Below, one piece after another: positions 11,810 through 26,010 of a stretch of DNA of 64,000 bases. The stretch spans positions 13,268,001-13,332,000 of the forward strand of contig CATNEN010000003.1 of NCBI GenBank assembly GCA_950097015.1. The letters are read 5' to 3'. This stretch comes from Macrostomum hystrix (lineage: Eukaryota; Animalia; Platyhelminthes). The notes under the pieces were generated by a model. The model did no database searches. It worked only from the letters and a program-made list of their open reading frames with translations, and was not told the origin of the DNA. Positions within the stretch are counted from its first letter, which is position 1, and each line of letters begins with the position of its first letter. The position numbers and the translations under genes were made by a program.

Positions 11810-13135
11810 ATACCCATCATCTATCTCTATGAATCTCACCCTAAATCTCACCATCTATTTCTGAATCTATCCCTAATTCTCACTATCTATCTCTCTGAAT
11901 CTCTCCCTATATCTCACCATCTATCTCTTTGAATCTCTCCCTAAATCTCACCATCTATTTCTGAATCTATCCCTATATCTCGCTATCTATCTCTCTGAAT
12001 CTCTCCCTAAATCTCACCATCTATTTCTGAATCTATCCCTATATCTCACTATCTATCTCTCTGAATCTCTCCCTAAATCTCACCATCTATCTCTCTGAAT
12101 CTCACCCTAAATCTCACCATCTATTTCTGAATCTATCCCTATATCTCACTATCTATCTCTCTGAATCTCACCCTAAATCTCACCATCTATCTCTCTGAAT
12201 CTATCCCTATATCTCACTATCGTTCTCTCTGAATCTCTCCCTAAATCTCACCATCTATTTCTGAATCTATCCCTATATCTCGCTATCTATCTCTCTGAAT
12301 CTCACCCTAAATCTCACCATCTATTTCTGAATCTATCCCTATATCTCACTATCTATCTCTCTGAATCTCTCCCTAAATCTCACCATCTATCTCTCTGAAT
12401 CTCTCCCTATATCTCACCATCTATCTCTCTGAATCTCTCTCTATATCTCACCATCCATCTCTCTGAATCTCTCCCTAAATCTCACCATCTATTTCTGAAT
12501 CTATCCCTATATCTCGCTATCTATCTCTCTGAATCTCACCCTAAATCTCACCATCTATCTCTCTGAATCTATCCCTATATCTCACTATCGTTCTCTCTGA
12601 ATCTCTCCCTAAATCTCACCATCTATTTCTGAATCTATCCCTATATCTCGCTATCTATCTCTCTGAATCTCTCCCTAAATCTCACCATCTATCTCTCTGA
12701 ATCTCTCCCTATATCTCACCATCTATCTCTCTGAATCTCTCTCTATATCTCACCATCCATCTCTCTGAATCTCTCCCCAAATCTCACCATCTATTTCTGA
12801 ATCTATCCCTATATCTCGCTATCTATCTCTCTGAATCTCACCCTAAATCTCACCATCTATTTCTGAATCTATCCCTATATCTCACCATCTATCTCTCTGA
12901 ATCTCTCCCTATATCTCACCATCTATCTCTCTGAATCTCTCTCTATATCTCACCATCCATCTCTCTGAATCTCTCCCCAAATCTCACCATCTATTTCTGA
13001 ATCTATCCCTATATCTCGCTATCTATCTCTCTGAATCTCACCCTAAATCTCACCATCTATTTCTGAATCTATCCCTATATCTCACTTTCTATTTCTCTGA
13101 ATCTCTTCCTATTTCTCACCATCTATCTCTCTCTA
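11810..13135. repeat. 32/34-bp unit array CTGAATCTCTCCCTAAATCTCACCATCTATCTCT with dimeric higher-order pattern
   Basis: Direct periodicity. Confidence 0.95.
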
Positions 13136-13509
13136 TCATATTGAATTTCTTGATCTATGCCACACTAATTTCCTTATGTCATCGTGTTGTCCGAATTGAT
13201 TTATCTCTCATTAATTTTGTTTCATTTTACCCGCGGTGTATAGATAAAAAAATTGCACTTTGTTAAAACGAAAATTATTTTCGCCCTGGTTGAAAATGGC
13301 TTGAAGACAGAGTGTCTCGTTTGTGTTAGTATTTTGTGTTCCTGTTTCCTACTAATTTGCCTACGCTTCGCTGTTAAATGCGTCATTTTTATTGTTCCAT
13401 GTAAAGACATAATTGATCATATATAAAATACATAATTCATAAACAAAGTTGGTCGATTGAATTTGAATTCATCTGTTAAATGATTTTTCTTAAATCGTTT
13501 ATGTTAGCG

Positions 13510-14260
13510 ACAGTTTACAGAGCAGGTAGTAACATTTTACAGACAGGCAGTTACAGTTTACAGACAGTTAGTGACGGGTTACAGACAGTTAGTGACAGTT
13601 TACAGACAGTTAGTGACAGTTTACAGACAGTTAGTGACGGGTTACAGACAGTTAGTGACAGTTTACAGGCAGTTAGTGACAGTTTACAGACAGTTAGTGA
13701 CGGGTTACAGAGCAGGTAGTAACATTTTACAGACAGGCAGTTACAGTTTACAGACAGTTAGTGACGGGTTACAGACAGGTAGTGACAGTTTACAGGCAGT
13801 TAGTGACAGTTTACAGACAGTTAGTGACAGTTTACAGAGCAGGTAGTAACATTTTACAGACAGGCAGTTACAGTTTACAGACAGTTAGTGACAGTTTACA
13901 GACAGTTAGTGACAGTTTACAGGCAGTTAGTGACAGTTTACAGACAGTTAGTGACAGTTTACAGACAGTTAGTGACAGTTTACAGGCAGTTAGTGACAGT
14001 TTACAGACAGGTAGTGATAGTTTACAGACAGGTAGTGACAGTTTACAGACAGTTAGTGACAGTTTACAGACAGTTAGTGACAGTTTACAGACAGGTAGTG
14101 ACAGTTTACAGACAGTTAGTGACGGGTTACAGACAGCCAGTTACAGTTTACAGACAGGTAGTGATAGTTTACAGACAGTTAGTGACAGTTTACAGACAGG
14201 TAGTGACAGTTTACAGACAGGTAATGCCAGTTTAAAGGCAGGTGGACAGTTTACAGTTAA
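13510..14260. repeat. 21-bp unit AGTTTACAGACAGTTAGTGAC array
   Basis: Variant block GAGCAGGTAGTAACATTTTAC recurs at about 13520, 13710 and 13837. Confidence 0.95.
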
Positions 14261-14910
14261 TTAGATTGTCTGTTTATTTACAGAAATGGTAGAGGCAGTT
14301 TATCCACAGGGGAGTTGAGGATTTGAAGGCAGGTTGGGACAGAGACAGAGTATTGGCAATTATTTGATGGTAATATTATTCCTACAGTATTACAGTATGT
14401 AAAGTTCTTATGAGCGCAGATTTAACTATCCATGTCTCGAAATTCACTAAACAGTTAACTAAATGGTTTAGCTAGTGGCTCGGGAAAAAAGGAAAACGGT
14501 TAATTTAGAAATTTAGCCCCCAATTATTAGTCTAATCTAGCCCAAATAATGTGCCCCTAATCAACTTCATTTAGGCTAATATATCCCTAGAATTGGGTTT
14601 CGCAGTCGACTAATTCTTCCCAATTTCCCAATCATGCCAAACCCGAGAGTTGTAGCAACGAGGGCGGAATACCTGCAGTACAATGATCTAATTACGGCTA
14701 TAAGTGTGCGTTTGAGAAGGATTCGACTGCAGTATACTGCTCAACTTTACTTTAATCGGTGCTCAATTTCGGAGGCTCAGCTATTTTGGATGGGGAGATA
14801 ATTTGCCACTTTGCAAAGATTTTTTAGAATTTTCATTTGCAGGGGAGATAGGGAGCTAAGGGGGGCATAATTTCCCATATAGGAAATACTTTGCCAACAA
14901 ATTTTAGTGA

Positions 14911-15550
14911 TTATTTACCAACTGGGTAGATAATTTACCAGCTGGGTAGATACTTTACCAGCTGGGTAGATAATTTACCAACTGGGTAGATAATTTACCA
15001 GCTGGGTAGATACTTTACCAGCTGGGTAGATACTTTAACAACTGGGTAGATAATTTACCAACTGGGTAGATACTTTAACAACTGGGTAGATACTTTAACA
15101 ACTGGGTAGATAATTTACCAGCTGGGTAGATACTTTACCAACTGGGTAGATACTTTACCAACTGGGTAGATACTTTACCAGCTGGGTAGATACTTTACCA
15201 ACTGGGTAGATAATTTACCAACTGAGTAGATAATTTACCAACTGGGTAGATACTTTACCAACTGGGTAGATAATTTACCAACTGGGTAGATACCTTACCA
15301 GCTGGGTAGATAATTTACCAACTGGGTAGATAATTTACTAACTGGGTAGATAATTTACCAACTGGGTAGATAATTTACCAGCTGGGTAGATAATTTACCA
15401 GCTGGGTAGATACTTTACCAACTGGGTAGATAATTTACCAGCTGGGTAGATAATTTACCAGCTGGGTAGATAATTTACCAACTGGGTAGATAATTTACCG
15501 ACAGGGAGGATAATTTACCAACTGGAAGGATAAGTTACCAACAGGAAGGA
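14911..15550. repeat. 20-bp unit ACTGGGTAGATAATTTACCA array
   Basis: Exact 20-bp phase. Confidence 0.97.
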
Positions 15551-16137
15551 TACCAATTTTACCTGTAATCAGCCACATAGTATTTCATGGCAGCTTGAAC
15601 GGCAGAGTCCAGAGTTTTCAACTTATTTTTATCGCACCCCACTACGCTAAGGCTGTTATTTTGTTTTGTAAAAATCTGGAAGGTTTAATGCTATAGCCAC
15701 TGTCTCTAATTTAGATTTAATTAATTGACTTAATTAACCACATCATAGTTGAATAAATATACAAAAGAAATTATCCGTTTAAGTAAGAGTGTTTGGCGAG
15801 TATATTCATTGAGTTGGGTACCATTCTCTATAGTCTTTCATAACACTAAGAAGTCTTCTTCAACTTTAATTAGCTGCTTGCAGGTGAGGGCTAGTGGCGA
15901 TGGCACTTAGTCACGACTTTTGGCCGTCAAAAATAATTTGCCATAATGCTTAACTCAAACCCAATGCAATTAAGAGACAAACAAAATATTCTCATGGTTT
16001 GAGTCATGTTTGAGTGCAAGATAAAAACTATTCTGGAGAGAAAGGAGGGAAATATTCTACTTAAATAATTAGCCTATAATTTGTGTGCTGGTATTAAGAA
16101 AAAGAATCAGTTATGCAGGGTGTCTAGGGTAAATAGG

Positions 16138-16750
16138 GGAGACTGAGATACAGGGTAGAGAGTAGAGAGACTGAGATTTAGGGTAGAGAGTAGAGACTGA
16201 GATGTAGGGTAGAGAGTAGAGACTGAGATGTAGGGTAGAGAGTAGAGACTGAGATGTAGGGCAGAGAGTAGAGAGACTGAGATGTAGGGTAGAGAGTAGA
16301 GATACTGAGATGTAGGGTAGAGAGTAGAGAGACTGAGATTTAGGGTAGAGAGTAGAGAGACTGGGGTGTAGGGTAGAGAGTAGAGACTGAGATGTAGGGT
16401 AGAGAGTAGAGAGACTGGGGTGTAGGGTAGAGAGTAGAGACTGAGATGTAGGGTAGAGAGTAGAGAGCCTGAGATGTAGGGTAGAGAGTAGAGACTGAGA
16501 TGTAGGGTAGAGAGTAGAGACTGAGATGTAGGGCAGAGAGTAGAGAGACTGAGATGTAGGGTAGAGAGTAGAGACTGAGATGTAGGGTAGAGAGTAGAGA
16601 GACTGAGATGTAGGGCAGAGAGTAGAGAGACTGAGATGTAGGGTAGAGAGTAGAGAGACTGAGATGTAGGGTAGAGAGTAGAGAGACTGAGATGTAGGGT
16701 AGAGAGTAGAGAGACTGAGATGTAGGGTAGAGAGTAGAGTTAAGAGACTG
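16138..16750. repeat. 26/28-bp unit GACTGAGATGTAGGGTAGAGAGTAGA(GA) array
   Basis: Direct periodicity. Confidence 0.95.
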
Positions 16751-17734
16751 AACTCTGTGCTCTAGACAAGTGAGTTGTGATATGAGGATATATGGGGTAG
16801 TTGTTTAATTCAAATTTCAGTGCCCTAGTCCATGAGCACATTGATCTCAATTTAGAGCCACTCATGGTGCAACTGTTTTACGCTGCAGACACAATTACAA
16901 CTATATTTAAAATAATTAGAGCCCAATTCAGATAGCAAGTATTCAATGACAATGCAATTATTGACCAATCCAATTATCTTGAAAATGTTTTGACTTTCTG
17001 AAATGCTCCGAACGCATTAAAAATGATCGATTGCGGTTTGAGATTTTTCTTAATCAAAAAATTGCCCCACTCCCGTCTAGCAACTGGTGAATTTTGATCA
17101 AACAAAATTAACTGTGCCTAGTTTTATCCCATTTATCTGTACTCTACATAGTCAACAGCTGGAGTTATTTGCCATTTGAGAAATTATAGAGTTAAAATGC
17201 ACAGCCAATTGAAATGTTTGACCATATAGCTCTTGATCAAATATATCGAGAATTGACATTGAGCTGTCCTGAGTGTGCAATATAGCTCTGACATTAACAC
17301 TGGTCTGATATAGCCAATTATGATGTCCATTACCAGAGCCATATAGTGTGTCGTCTCGGTTTAAAATAAGTAGTTTTATTCATTTTTGTTAATCTACGAT
17401 TCTATACAAACGACTGTCGTTTTGGTTTTTAAGGCTATATAAGGGGAGAGACCCATTTTACACATTTCAGTGTTCTCATTATACTCACACAGGGTGGCCT
17501 TTTAAGACTGGTTTGAGTCTGCTCAACTTTTTTGGACGCCTCCAAAATTATGAAATTATGTTCGATTGTCTGTCAACCTTTTGCAATCCTGACCCCTACC
17601 ACAGGGAAGAGCTATTGGGATTAGAAACACTGGGAGTGAAAAACGAGAGAAGAAAAGCAGAAGAAGAAAAAATAGAAGAACGAGGGGTAAAGAGATCAGA
17701 AAAAGGGCAGAAAGAGGGCAGAAAGAGGGTAGAA

Positions 17735-18330
17735 AGAGGGGAGAAAGGGTGGAAGCTAGAGGGGAAAGGGTGGAAGCTAGAGGGGAAAGGGTGGAAGCTA
17801 GAGGGGAAAGGGTGGAAGCTAGAGGGGAAAGGGTGGAAGCCAGAGAGGAGAAAGGGTGGAAGCCAGAGGGGAGAAAGGGTGGAAGCCAGAGGGGAGAAAG
17901 GGTGGAAGCTAGAGGGGAGAAAGGGTGGAAGCCAGAGGGGAGAAAGGCTGGAAGCCAGAGGGGAGAAAGGCTGGAAGCCAGAGGGGAGAAAGGCTGGAAG
18001 CCAGAGGGGAGAAAGGGTGGAAGCCAGAGGGGAGAAAGGGTGGAAGCCTGAGGGGAGAAAGGGTGGAAGCCTGAGGGGAAAGGGTGGAAGCCAGAGGGGA
18101 GAAAGGGTGGAAGTCTGAGGGGAGAAAGGGTGGAAGCCTGAGGGGAAAGGGTGGAAGCCAGAGGGGAGAAAGGGTGGAAGCCAGAGGGGAGAAAGGGTGG
18201 AAGCCTGAGGGGAGAAAGGGTGGAAGCCTGAGGGGAAAGGGTGGAAGCCAGAGGGGAGAAAGGGTGGAAGTCTGAGGGGAGAAAGGGTGGAAGCCAGAGG
18301 GGAAAGGGTGGAAGCTAGAGGGGAGAAAGC
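17735..18330. repeat. 21/23-bp unit GGGGAGAAAGGGTGGAAGCCAGA array
   Basis: Direct periodicity, G-rich. Confidence 0.95.
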
Positions 18331-19307
18331 AGAGAAGAAAGGAGAGAAAGAGCGGGAGAATATGGTAAAGAATAGAAGTGTGAAACGGTGAGAGAAATAG
18401 GGGAGAAGAACGGAGGGAGAAATAAAAAATCCTAGAGAGAAAGAGAAAAAGATTTTCCTTCAAACAACGCGAAAGGCTGCAAGTTTTTAAATTACAAAGA
18501 AATTCAGGAAATAGGGTAAGGTAATGAGCGCCAAAGAAGCCAGGTATTATTCTAAGAAACAGACCCAATAGCCAGCGGTGTGTTTGATTTGCTAAGAAAA
18601 ACAATAATTATATATATGAGTCGTCAGTCAATCAGATCTGAAGAATCGCAAGTGTGAGCACAAAAAAGCGGTTTGATTTGATCCTTAGAAGTAAAGTGGG
18701 TGATTTGTTAATGAAGACCGAAAATCTCATTTCGCATTTCGGTCAAATTCTTTAATGCTACACAATCTATTGGTGTTTTTCTATTCTCAGAAATTAATTT
18801 TCCTTCATTCCACTTGCTCTTGTGCCGACAAAGGCATGACTTGCTGTTGAGACGACTCAATATTTTCTTATTGGATTTTTGCGATCTTTAAGTAAGAATC
18901 TACAATTCAATCTGATAATAGTTAAACCGAATTTATGAGTTGAAAATGTAAACATACGCATAGATATGATTAGCGGAATAAAAATGTCATTTTTATTTAG
19001 TCATTCACGCATGAAAATCCGTAAGAAATGTCAACAGGAGTTTGCACCAGAATATCACTATGTTTATCTGTTACTTATCTATTCTACATTTATATGTATA
19101 TAGTCTTCCGCTATAACTTTTGTGACCTTTATTGGTCACTTATAAGACAGTATTCAGATTGCTCATCTCAATTCACATTATAGATATTGATGGCTGTCAG
19201 TGTAAATATTCAATTGGCTGCTTTTATCATGACGATTAACAAATACAAGGTCTTTGATTCATCGATAAAGTGAGATGATTAAAATGTCAGAACGCCTATT
19301 GAAGGAC

Positions 19308-19797
19308 CCTCTACCTCTACTATCCGCTCTCCGCCTCTTAAATCCGCTATCTACCTTAACTATCCGCTCTCCGCCTCTTAAATCCGCTATCTACCCCTCA
19401 TATCCGCTCTCTAACTCTCCTATCCGCTCTCTAACTCTCCTATCCGCTCTCTAACTCTCATATCCGCTCTCTAACTCTCCTATCTGCTTTCTACCTCTCA
19501 TATCCGCTCTCTACCCCTCCTGTTTGCTCTCTACCTCTACTATTCGCTCTCTACCTCTACTATCCGCTCTCTACCCCTCCTATTCGCTCTCTACCTCTCC
19601 TATCCGCTCTCTACCCCTCCTATTTGCTCTCGACCTCTCCTATCCGCTATCTACCTCTCCTATACGCTATCTACCTCTCCTATCCGCCCTCTACCTCTCT
19701 TATCCGCTTTCCGCCTTTTAAATCCGCTATCTAACTCTCCTATCCACTCCCTAACTCTCCTATCCGCTATCTACCTCTTTATCCGCTCTCTACCTCT
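19308..19797. repeat. 20-bp unit CTCTACCTCTCCTATCCGCT array
   Basis: Direct periodicity. Confidence 0.95.
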
Positions 19798-19799
19798 GA

Positions 19800-19876
19800 C
19801 AGGCACAGTGAGAGTGTACACTGCCTGAAAATGAGAAAGTCAGGGCAGATGTGCAAACCATGGTGTGTGTGTGTGT
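19800..19876 (+). mobile_element. SINE internal fragment
   Basis: AGTGAGAGTGTACACTGCCTGA...TCAGGGCAGATGT matches 58040-58086. Confidence 0.75.
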
Positions 19877-20404
19877 GCCCATACAGAATGAACTGAGTCG
19901 CCTCACTTGAGCATATTAAGAAGCGTATATATTACCTATAATTTTTTTCTGTTGATTCAATTTTAGCCCCCCAAACAGTTCTTATCTCAGCTCGTTTGCT
20001 TTTAAGTGGGGCTAAATGGCTTTTTATATTATTTTAAGAAATCTGACTGTTACTTAGATATATCTATATATAAATTGGCAATATCGGCTGCAAAATTATC
20101 GCTGGCTCCATTAGCCCCTTCTTATCGGTGAACTTCTGTGCTGTAGTTATTTTTTTTTTCTATTCCGAGACCTAGGGAGTTGATCCCCCGAGTTAAGATT
20201 TTTTAATCTGATTGAAAATCAAATCTTCCAGAGCAAATAGAATCCAAGTGTGGCAGATTTGGCTATTATCCATGGCAGTGGCGCGCGGGCCAGTGATAAC
20301 AGACCAGTCATCGGATCCGCTGTTTTGAGTTTTAGGTTAAAATTCTAACAATTACGAGATTTTATGTTGAAATCTAATTTGACTTATAAGAATTGCCACA
20401 TATA

Positions 20405-21150
20405 TACGTCCATGGACTGTAGGATTGCAAAACTTATTCTGCTTTCGGATGTCCATTTGACTACAGGATTCAAATTCTTTTCTGAGATTCCTGATGTCCA
20501 TGTACTGTAGGATTGAATTCCCTCCTGAGATTCCTGATGTCCATGGACTGTAGGATTGAATTCCCTCCTGAGATTCCTGATGTCCATGGACTGTAGGATT
20601 GAATTCCCTCCTGAGATTCCTGATGTCCATGGACTGTAGGATTGAATTCTCTCCTGATATTCTTCATGTGCATGGACTGTAGAATTGAATTCTCTCCTGA
20701 GATTCCTGATGTCCATGGACTGTAGGATTGAATTCCCTCCTGAGATTCCTGATGTCCATGGACTGTAGGATTGAATTCTCTCTTGATATTACTTATGTCC
20801 ATGGACTGTAGGGTTGAATTCTCTTCTGAGATTCCTGATGTCCATGGACTGTAGGATTGAATTCTCTGGTGATATTACTGATGTCCATGGACTGTAGGAT
20901 TGAATTCTCTGGTGATATTAATTATGTCCATGGACTGTAGGGTTGAATTCTCTCCTGAGATTCTTGATGTCCATGGACTGTAGGATTGGATTCTCTCATT
21001 AGGTTACTAATTTCCATGGACTGTAGGATTGAATTCTCTCTCCTGACATTACTGATGTCCATGGACTGAAGCATTGAACCCCACGTAAGAATTAAGATGT
21101 CTATGGACTGCAAAGTTGATGTTTAATGCGATTCAACAGTTCCATGGATT
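20405..21150. repeat. 43-bp unit GATGTCCATGGACTGTAGGATTGAATTCYCTCCTGAGATTCCT array
   Basis: Direct periodicity, degenerating at both edges. Confidence 0.94.
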
Positions 21151-21902
21151 GTATGTTTGAACTCGCCTATTGGGTTTTCAGTGAAATGTTTTTTGAGAAT
21201 TCTAAGAAAACTAGCTTCTAAAAAGCTTTCATGAAACCCAATCATTGATCGTTACAGAATTGAACTGGCTGAGAACCAGCTTAGTAAAATAATATTCGGG
21301 TACTTGTTCTCATAAATTAGAAATTAGAAAATCTGTGATTTGAGTAGGTGTAATCTACTCTCAGCCGTCTTTGATGTTTAGTTAATGCTGATGCAATTTT
21401 TTTACCTTGTTATGTTTCTCTTCTTTTCAAATCAATTTCCAGCCAACTTAACACCCTGACCGGGAACTGAACAAAGAAGATTAATAGCGGCTTATAGGTC
21501 GAGAAACCAGTATTTTGTGTTTCAGATTTGAGGCATTTATCGAGTTCATCTTCATCTTTCAAGTGCCAACAGTGAAACAGCTGCCGCCCCATTATTGGGA
21601 GATGAAATTTAACACGGCGGTCTGCCTTAACTCAATGCGGTTTAATTTGTTTTTGTTCAACCACCTGGACACTGAGAGGGCTTTGTACAAAAAAATTGAT
21701 TTCCTCAATCGGTTCGGTGTGTTTTTGATGGAAAGTTATCAAATATTTATTGGATTGCTTGTGCCAGTGCAGTGAATTGAGATTCATGATTTTTCTTGAG
21801 ACTAAAAGCCAATGAAACAAGCAATATTATTGTAGATTGCTTTTATGTTTTTTATAAAACCTGCCTATTTTGTCCGTAAATAAGAAAGCAAAAAAGTATA
21901 TA

Positions 21903-22270
21903 GTGATTTCTACTTTCGGAGTGACCTACAAAACGATTTCTACTTTCGGAGTGACCTACAAAATGATTTCTACTTTCGGAGTGACCTACAAAATGATTTC
22001 TACTTTCGGAGTGACCTACAAAATGATTTCTACTTTCGGAGTGACCTACAAAATGATTTCTACTTTCGGAGTGACCTACAAAATGATTTCTACTTTCGGA
22101 GTGACCTACAAAATGATTACTACTTTCGGAGTGACCTACAAAATGATTTCTACTTTCGGAGTGACCTACAAAATGATTTCTACTTTCGGAGTGACCTACA
22201 AAATGATTTCTACTTTCGGAGTGACCTACAAAATGATTTCTACTTTCGGAGTGACCTACAAAATAATTTC
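21903..22270. repeat. 30-bp unit TGATTTCTACTTTCGGAGTGACCTACAAAA array
   Basis: About 12 near-identical copies. Confidence 0.97.
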
Positions 22271-22299
22271 TTCAAGCTACTTTCGGTGTGAGCTACGGA

Positions 22300-23252
22300 G
22301 TTTTTTTCTACTTTTAGAGTGAACTACAGAGTGCTTTTTCGGAGTGAACTACAGAGTGCTTTTTCGAAGTGAACTACAGAGTGCTTTTTCGGAGTGAACT
22401 ACAGAGTGATTTTCGGAGTGAACTACAAAGTGATTTTCGGAGTGAACTACAAAATGATTTTCGGAGTGAACTACAGAGTGATTTTCGGAGTGAACTACAA
22501 AGTGATTTTCGGAGTGAACTACAAAATGATTTTCGGAGTGAACCACAGAGTGATTTTCGGAGTGAACTAAAGAGTGATTTTCGGAGTGAACTACAGAGTG
22601 ATTTTCGGAGTGAACTACAGAGTGATTTTCGGAGTGAACTACAGAGTGATTTTCGGAGTGAACTACAGAGTGATTTTCGGAGTGAACTAAAGAGTGATTT
22701 TCGGAGTGAACTACAGAGTGATTTTCGGAGTGAACTACAGAGTGATTTTCGGAGTGAACTAAAGAGTGATTTTCGGAGTGAACTACAGAGTGATTTTCGG
22801 AGTGAACTACAGAGTGATTTTCGGAGTGAACTACAGAGTGATTTTCGGAGTGAACTACAGAGTGATTTTCGGAGTGAACTAAAGAGTGATTTTCGGAGTG
22901 AACTACAGAGTGATTTTCGGAGTGAACTACAGAGTGATTTTCGGAGTGAACTAAAGAGTGATTTTCGGAGTGAACTACAGAGTGATTTTCGGAGTGAACT
23001 ACAGAGTGATTTTCGGAGTGAACTACAGAGTGATTTTCGGAGTGAACTAAAGAGTGATTTTCGGAGTGAACTACAGAGTGATTTTCGGAGTGAACTACAG
23101 AGTGATTTTCGGAGTGAACTACAGAGTGATTTTCGGAGTGAACCACAGAGTGATTTTCGGAGTGAACTGCAGAGTGATTTTCGGAGTGAACTACAGAGTG
23201 ATTTTCGGAGTGAACTACAGAGTGATTTTCGGAGTGAACTTCAGAGTGATTG
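22300..23252. repeat. 24-bp unit TTTCGGAGTGAACTACAGAGTGAT array
   Basis: Shares its core with the adjacent 30-bp array. Confidence 0.97.
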
Positions 23253-24484
23253 CTCCTTTCATCGAGAAGTCCAAAAACTAAATACCATTTTAAATCGATA
23301 AAATAAAGTACATTTAAAACACTTAATTCGCTCTGATTCGATCGGAAGCACAGCCAATCAAAATTCACTCGGGCAAGTCAACAAGGCAGAAAATAAATAA
23401 TTCAAGACTTAAAAAATTCCTGCTTCTAAGCTGTGCGGTCCTTGCACAGGGCTAGAATTAAAGAATTGAGTGATTTAACGCTAAGCGGAATTCGCATTGA
23501 TTAGCGCCAAATTATTAAATTATCAGTCGAGTTTCAGGACTCGGGGTTGGGGTGGGTGGGGGTCAGTCACGCGATTCGCGCAAAAGTGGCGCCGGATTCG
23601 TTAAGTTAATTTCTCGCCCTACGGGTTTTTGGGGTGGGCGGCTCTGGGGTTGGTCGCCAGTGCTAAGTCACGGCGAGTTGGGGGGTGTTAATTGAAATAG
23701 CCGCAATCAGGGGAGCCCAGTCTGGGCTGGCTTTAGAAATCAATGATGAAAGAAAGCTAAGGTTTTGCTGGCCCATATTTCGCTTTAATTGCGGGCCGAA
23801 CCCCCTTAGGGGTGGCAGCCATCATCCCCTACCCCCGGTTTCCTAGAAAATTCGACAACTCTTTAATCACTTAATCCTTGATCGATTTAGACGACAAATT
23901 CGACTGAGCTCTGCGAACTGACTTGAAGAATTGGAAAATTAGCCTAACTCGTTTGAGTAGGCCTAGGGACAGCGGAGTTGGGGTGGGTGTCCAAGGCGCA
24001 TTGGGGCGAGAGAAGTGACGCCATTTGGGGTGGGGAAATTTCTGCAGATTATAAACCAGGCATTGGCGGTCTATATTAAGGGGAAAGTTTCATTTCGAGC
24101 ACAAAATTTCCCACTATCTCTGGGAAGATTTCGCAGATTTGCTGCCTTTTTATATAAGGCTTTTAACTCCACTTCAATCGAACTGCTTAAGGACCAAGAT
24201 TAAATCAGAAATCTGCCAATAATCTGGAATAGATTAAACTGGTTAGGGATTGATTGAATACTGGGGGGAATTGGGATCCCTTGTCAAGTGGATTTGGTCA
24301 CTTAATGAGATACTTTGCAGTCGTTCAAATGTAATACAGCCTACTTTTTATTGGCATCGATTTTTTGGGAGCAGGTCGAGAAATTGAGCAGTTGATCGCA
24401 AACGGCACGGGGTGATCATGGTGATGCAAACTCTAAAACATGATGGCCCTGTGCCCTATGAGTCCTCTCTTCTCTTTATTAGCA

Positions 24485-26010
24485 TCCTCCATCACTGTCT
24501 ACTCACTCTCCTTCACTGTCTACTCACTCTACTCCACCGTCTACTCACTCTCATTCACTGTCTATTTACTCTCTTCTACTGTCTACTCACTCTCCTCTAC
24601 TGTCTACTCACTCTCATTGTCTACTCACTCTCCTTCAATGTCTACTCACTCTCCTTCACTGTCTACTCACTCTACTCCACCGTCTACTCACTCTCCTCCA
24701 CTGTCTTCTCACTCTCCTCTACTGTCTACTTACTCTCCTCTACTGTCTACTTACTCTCCTCTACTGTCTACTCACTCTCCTCTACTGTCTACTCACTCTC
24801 CTCCACTGTCTACTCACTCTCCTCCACTGTCTTCTCACTCTCCTCTACTGTCTACTCACTCTCCTCTACTGTCTACTTACTCTCCTCTACTGTCTACTTA
24901 CTCTCCTCTACTGTCTACTCACTCTCCTCTACTGTCTACTTACTCTCCTCTACTGTCTACTCACTCTCATTGTCTACTCACACTCCTCCACTGTCTACTC
25001 ACTCTCCTCTACTGTCTACTCACTCTCCTCCACTGTCTACTCACTCTCCTCTACTGTCTACTCACTCTCCTCTACTGTCTACTTACTCTCCTCTACTGTC
25101 TACTCACTCTCCTCTACTGTCTACTCACTCTCCTCCACTGTCTACTCACTCTCCTCTACTGTCTACTCACTCTCCTCCACTGTCTACTTACTCTCCTCCA
25201 CTGTCTTCTCACTCACTCTCCTCTACTGTCTACTCACTCTCCTCTACTGTCTACTCACTCTCCTCTACTGTCTACTCACTCTCATTCACTGTCTACTCAC
25301 TCTCCTCTACTGTCTACTCACTCTCCTCTACTGTCTTCTCACTCTCCTCTACTGTCTACTCACTCTCCTCTACTGTCTACTCACTCTCCTCTACTGTCTA
25401 CTCACTCTCCTCTACTGTCTACTCACTCTCATTCATTGTCTACTCACTCTCCTCTACTGTCTACTCACTCTCATTCACTGTCTACCCACTCTCCTCTACT
25501 GTCTACTCACTCTCATTCACTGTCTACTCACTCTCCTCTACTGTCTACTCACTCTCATTCACTGTCTACCCACTCTCCTCTACTGTCTACTCACTCTCAT
25601 TCACTATCTACTCACTCTCCTCTACTGTCTACTCACTCTCATTCACTGTCTACCCACTCTCCTCTACTGTCTACTCACTCTCATTCACTGTCTACCCACT
25701 CTCCTCTACTGTCTACTCACTCTCATTCACTGTCTACCCACTCTCCTCTACTGTCTACTCACTCTCATTCACTATCTACTCACTCTCCTCTACTGTCTAC
25801 TCACTCTCATTCACTGTCTACCCACTCTCCTCTACTGTCTACTCACTCTCATTCACTATCTACTCACTCTCCTCTACTGTCTACTCACTCTCATTCACTA
25901 TCTACTCACTCTCCTCTACTGTCTACTCACTCTCATTCACTGTTTACCCACTCTCCTCTACTGTCTACTCACTCTCCTCCCCCTGTCTACTGATTTTCTT
26001 TACTGTCTAC
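24485..26010. repeat. 21-bp unit CTACTCACTCTCCTCTACTGT array
   Basis: Direct periodicity; 42-bp dimer pattern in the right half. Confidence 0.96.

Noticed and set aside
20405-21150. CRISPR-like appearance of arrays with palindromic cores
   Set aside because: No unique spacers, no cas genes, eukaryotic context
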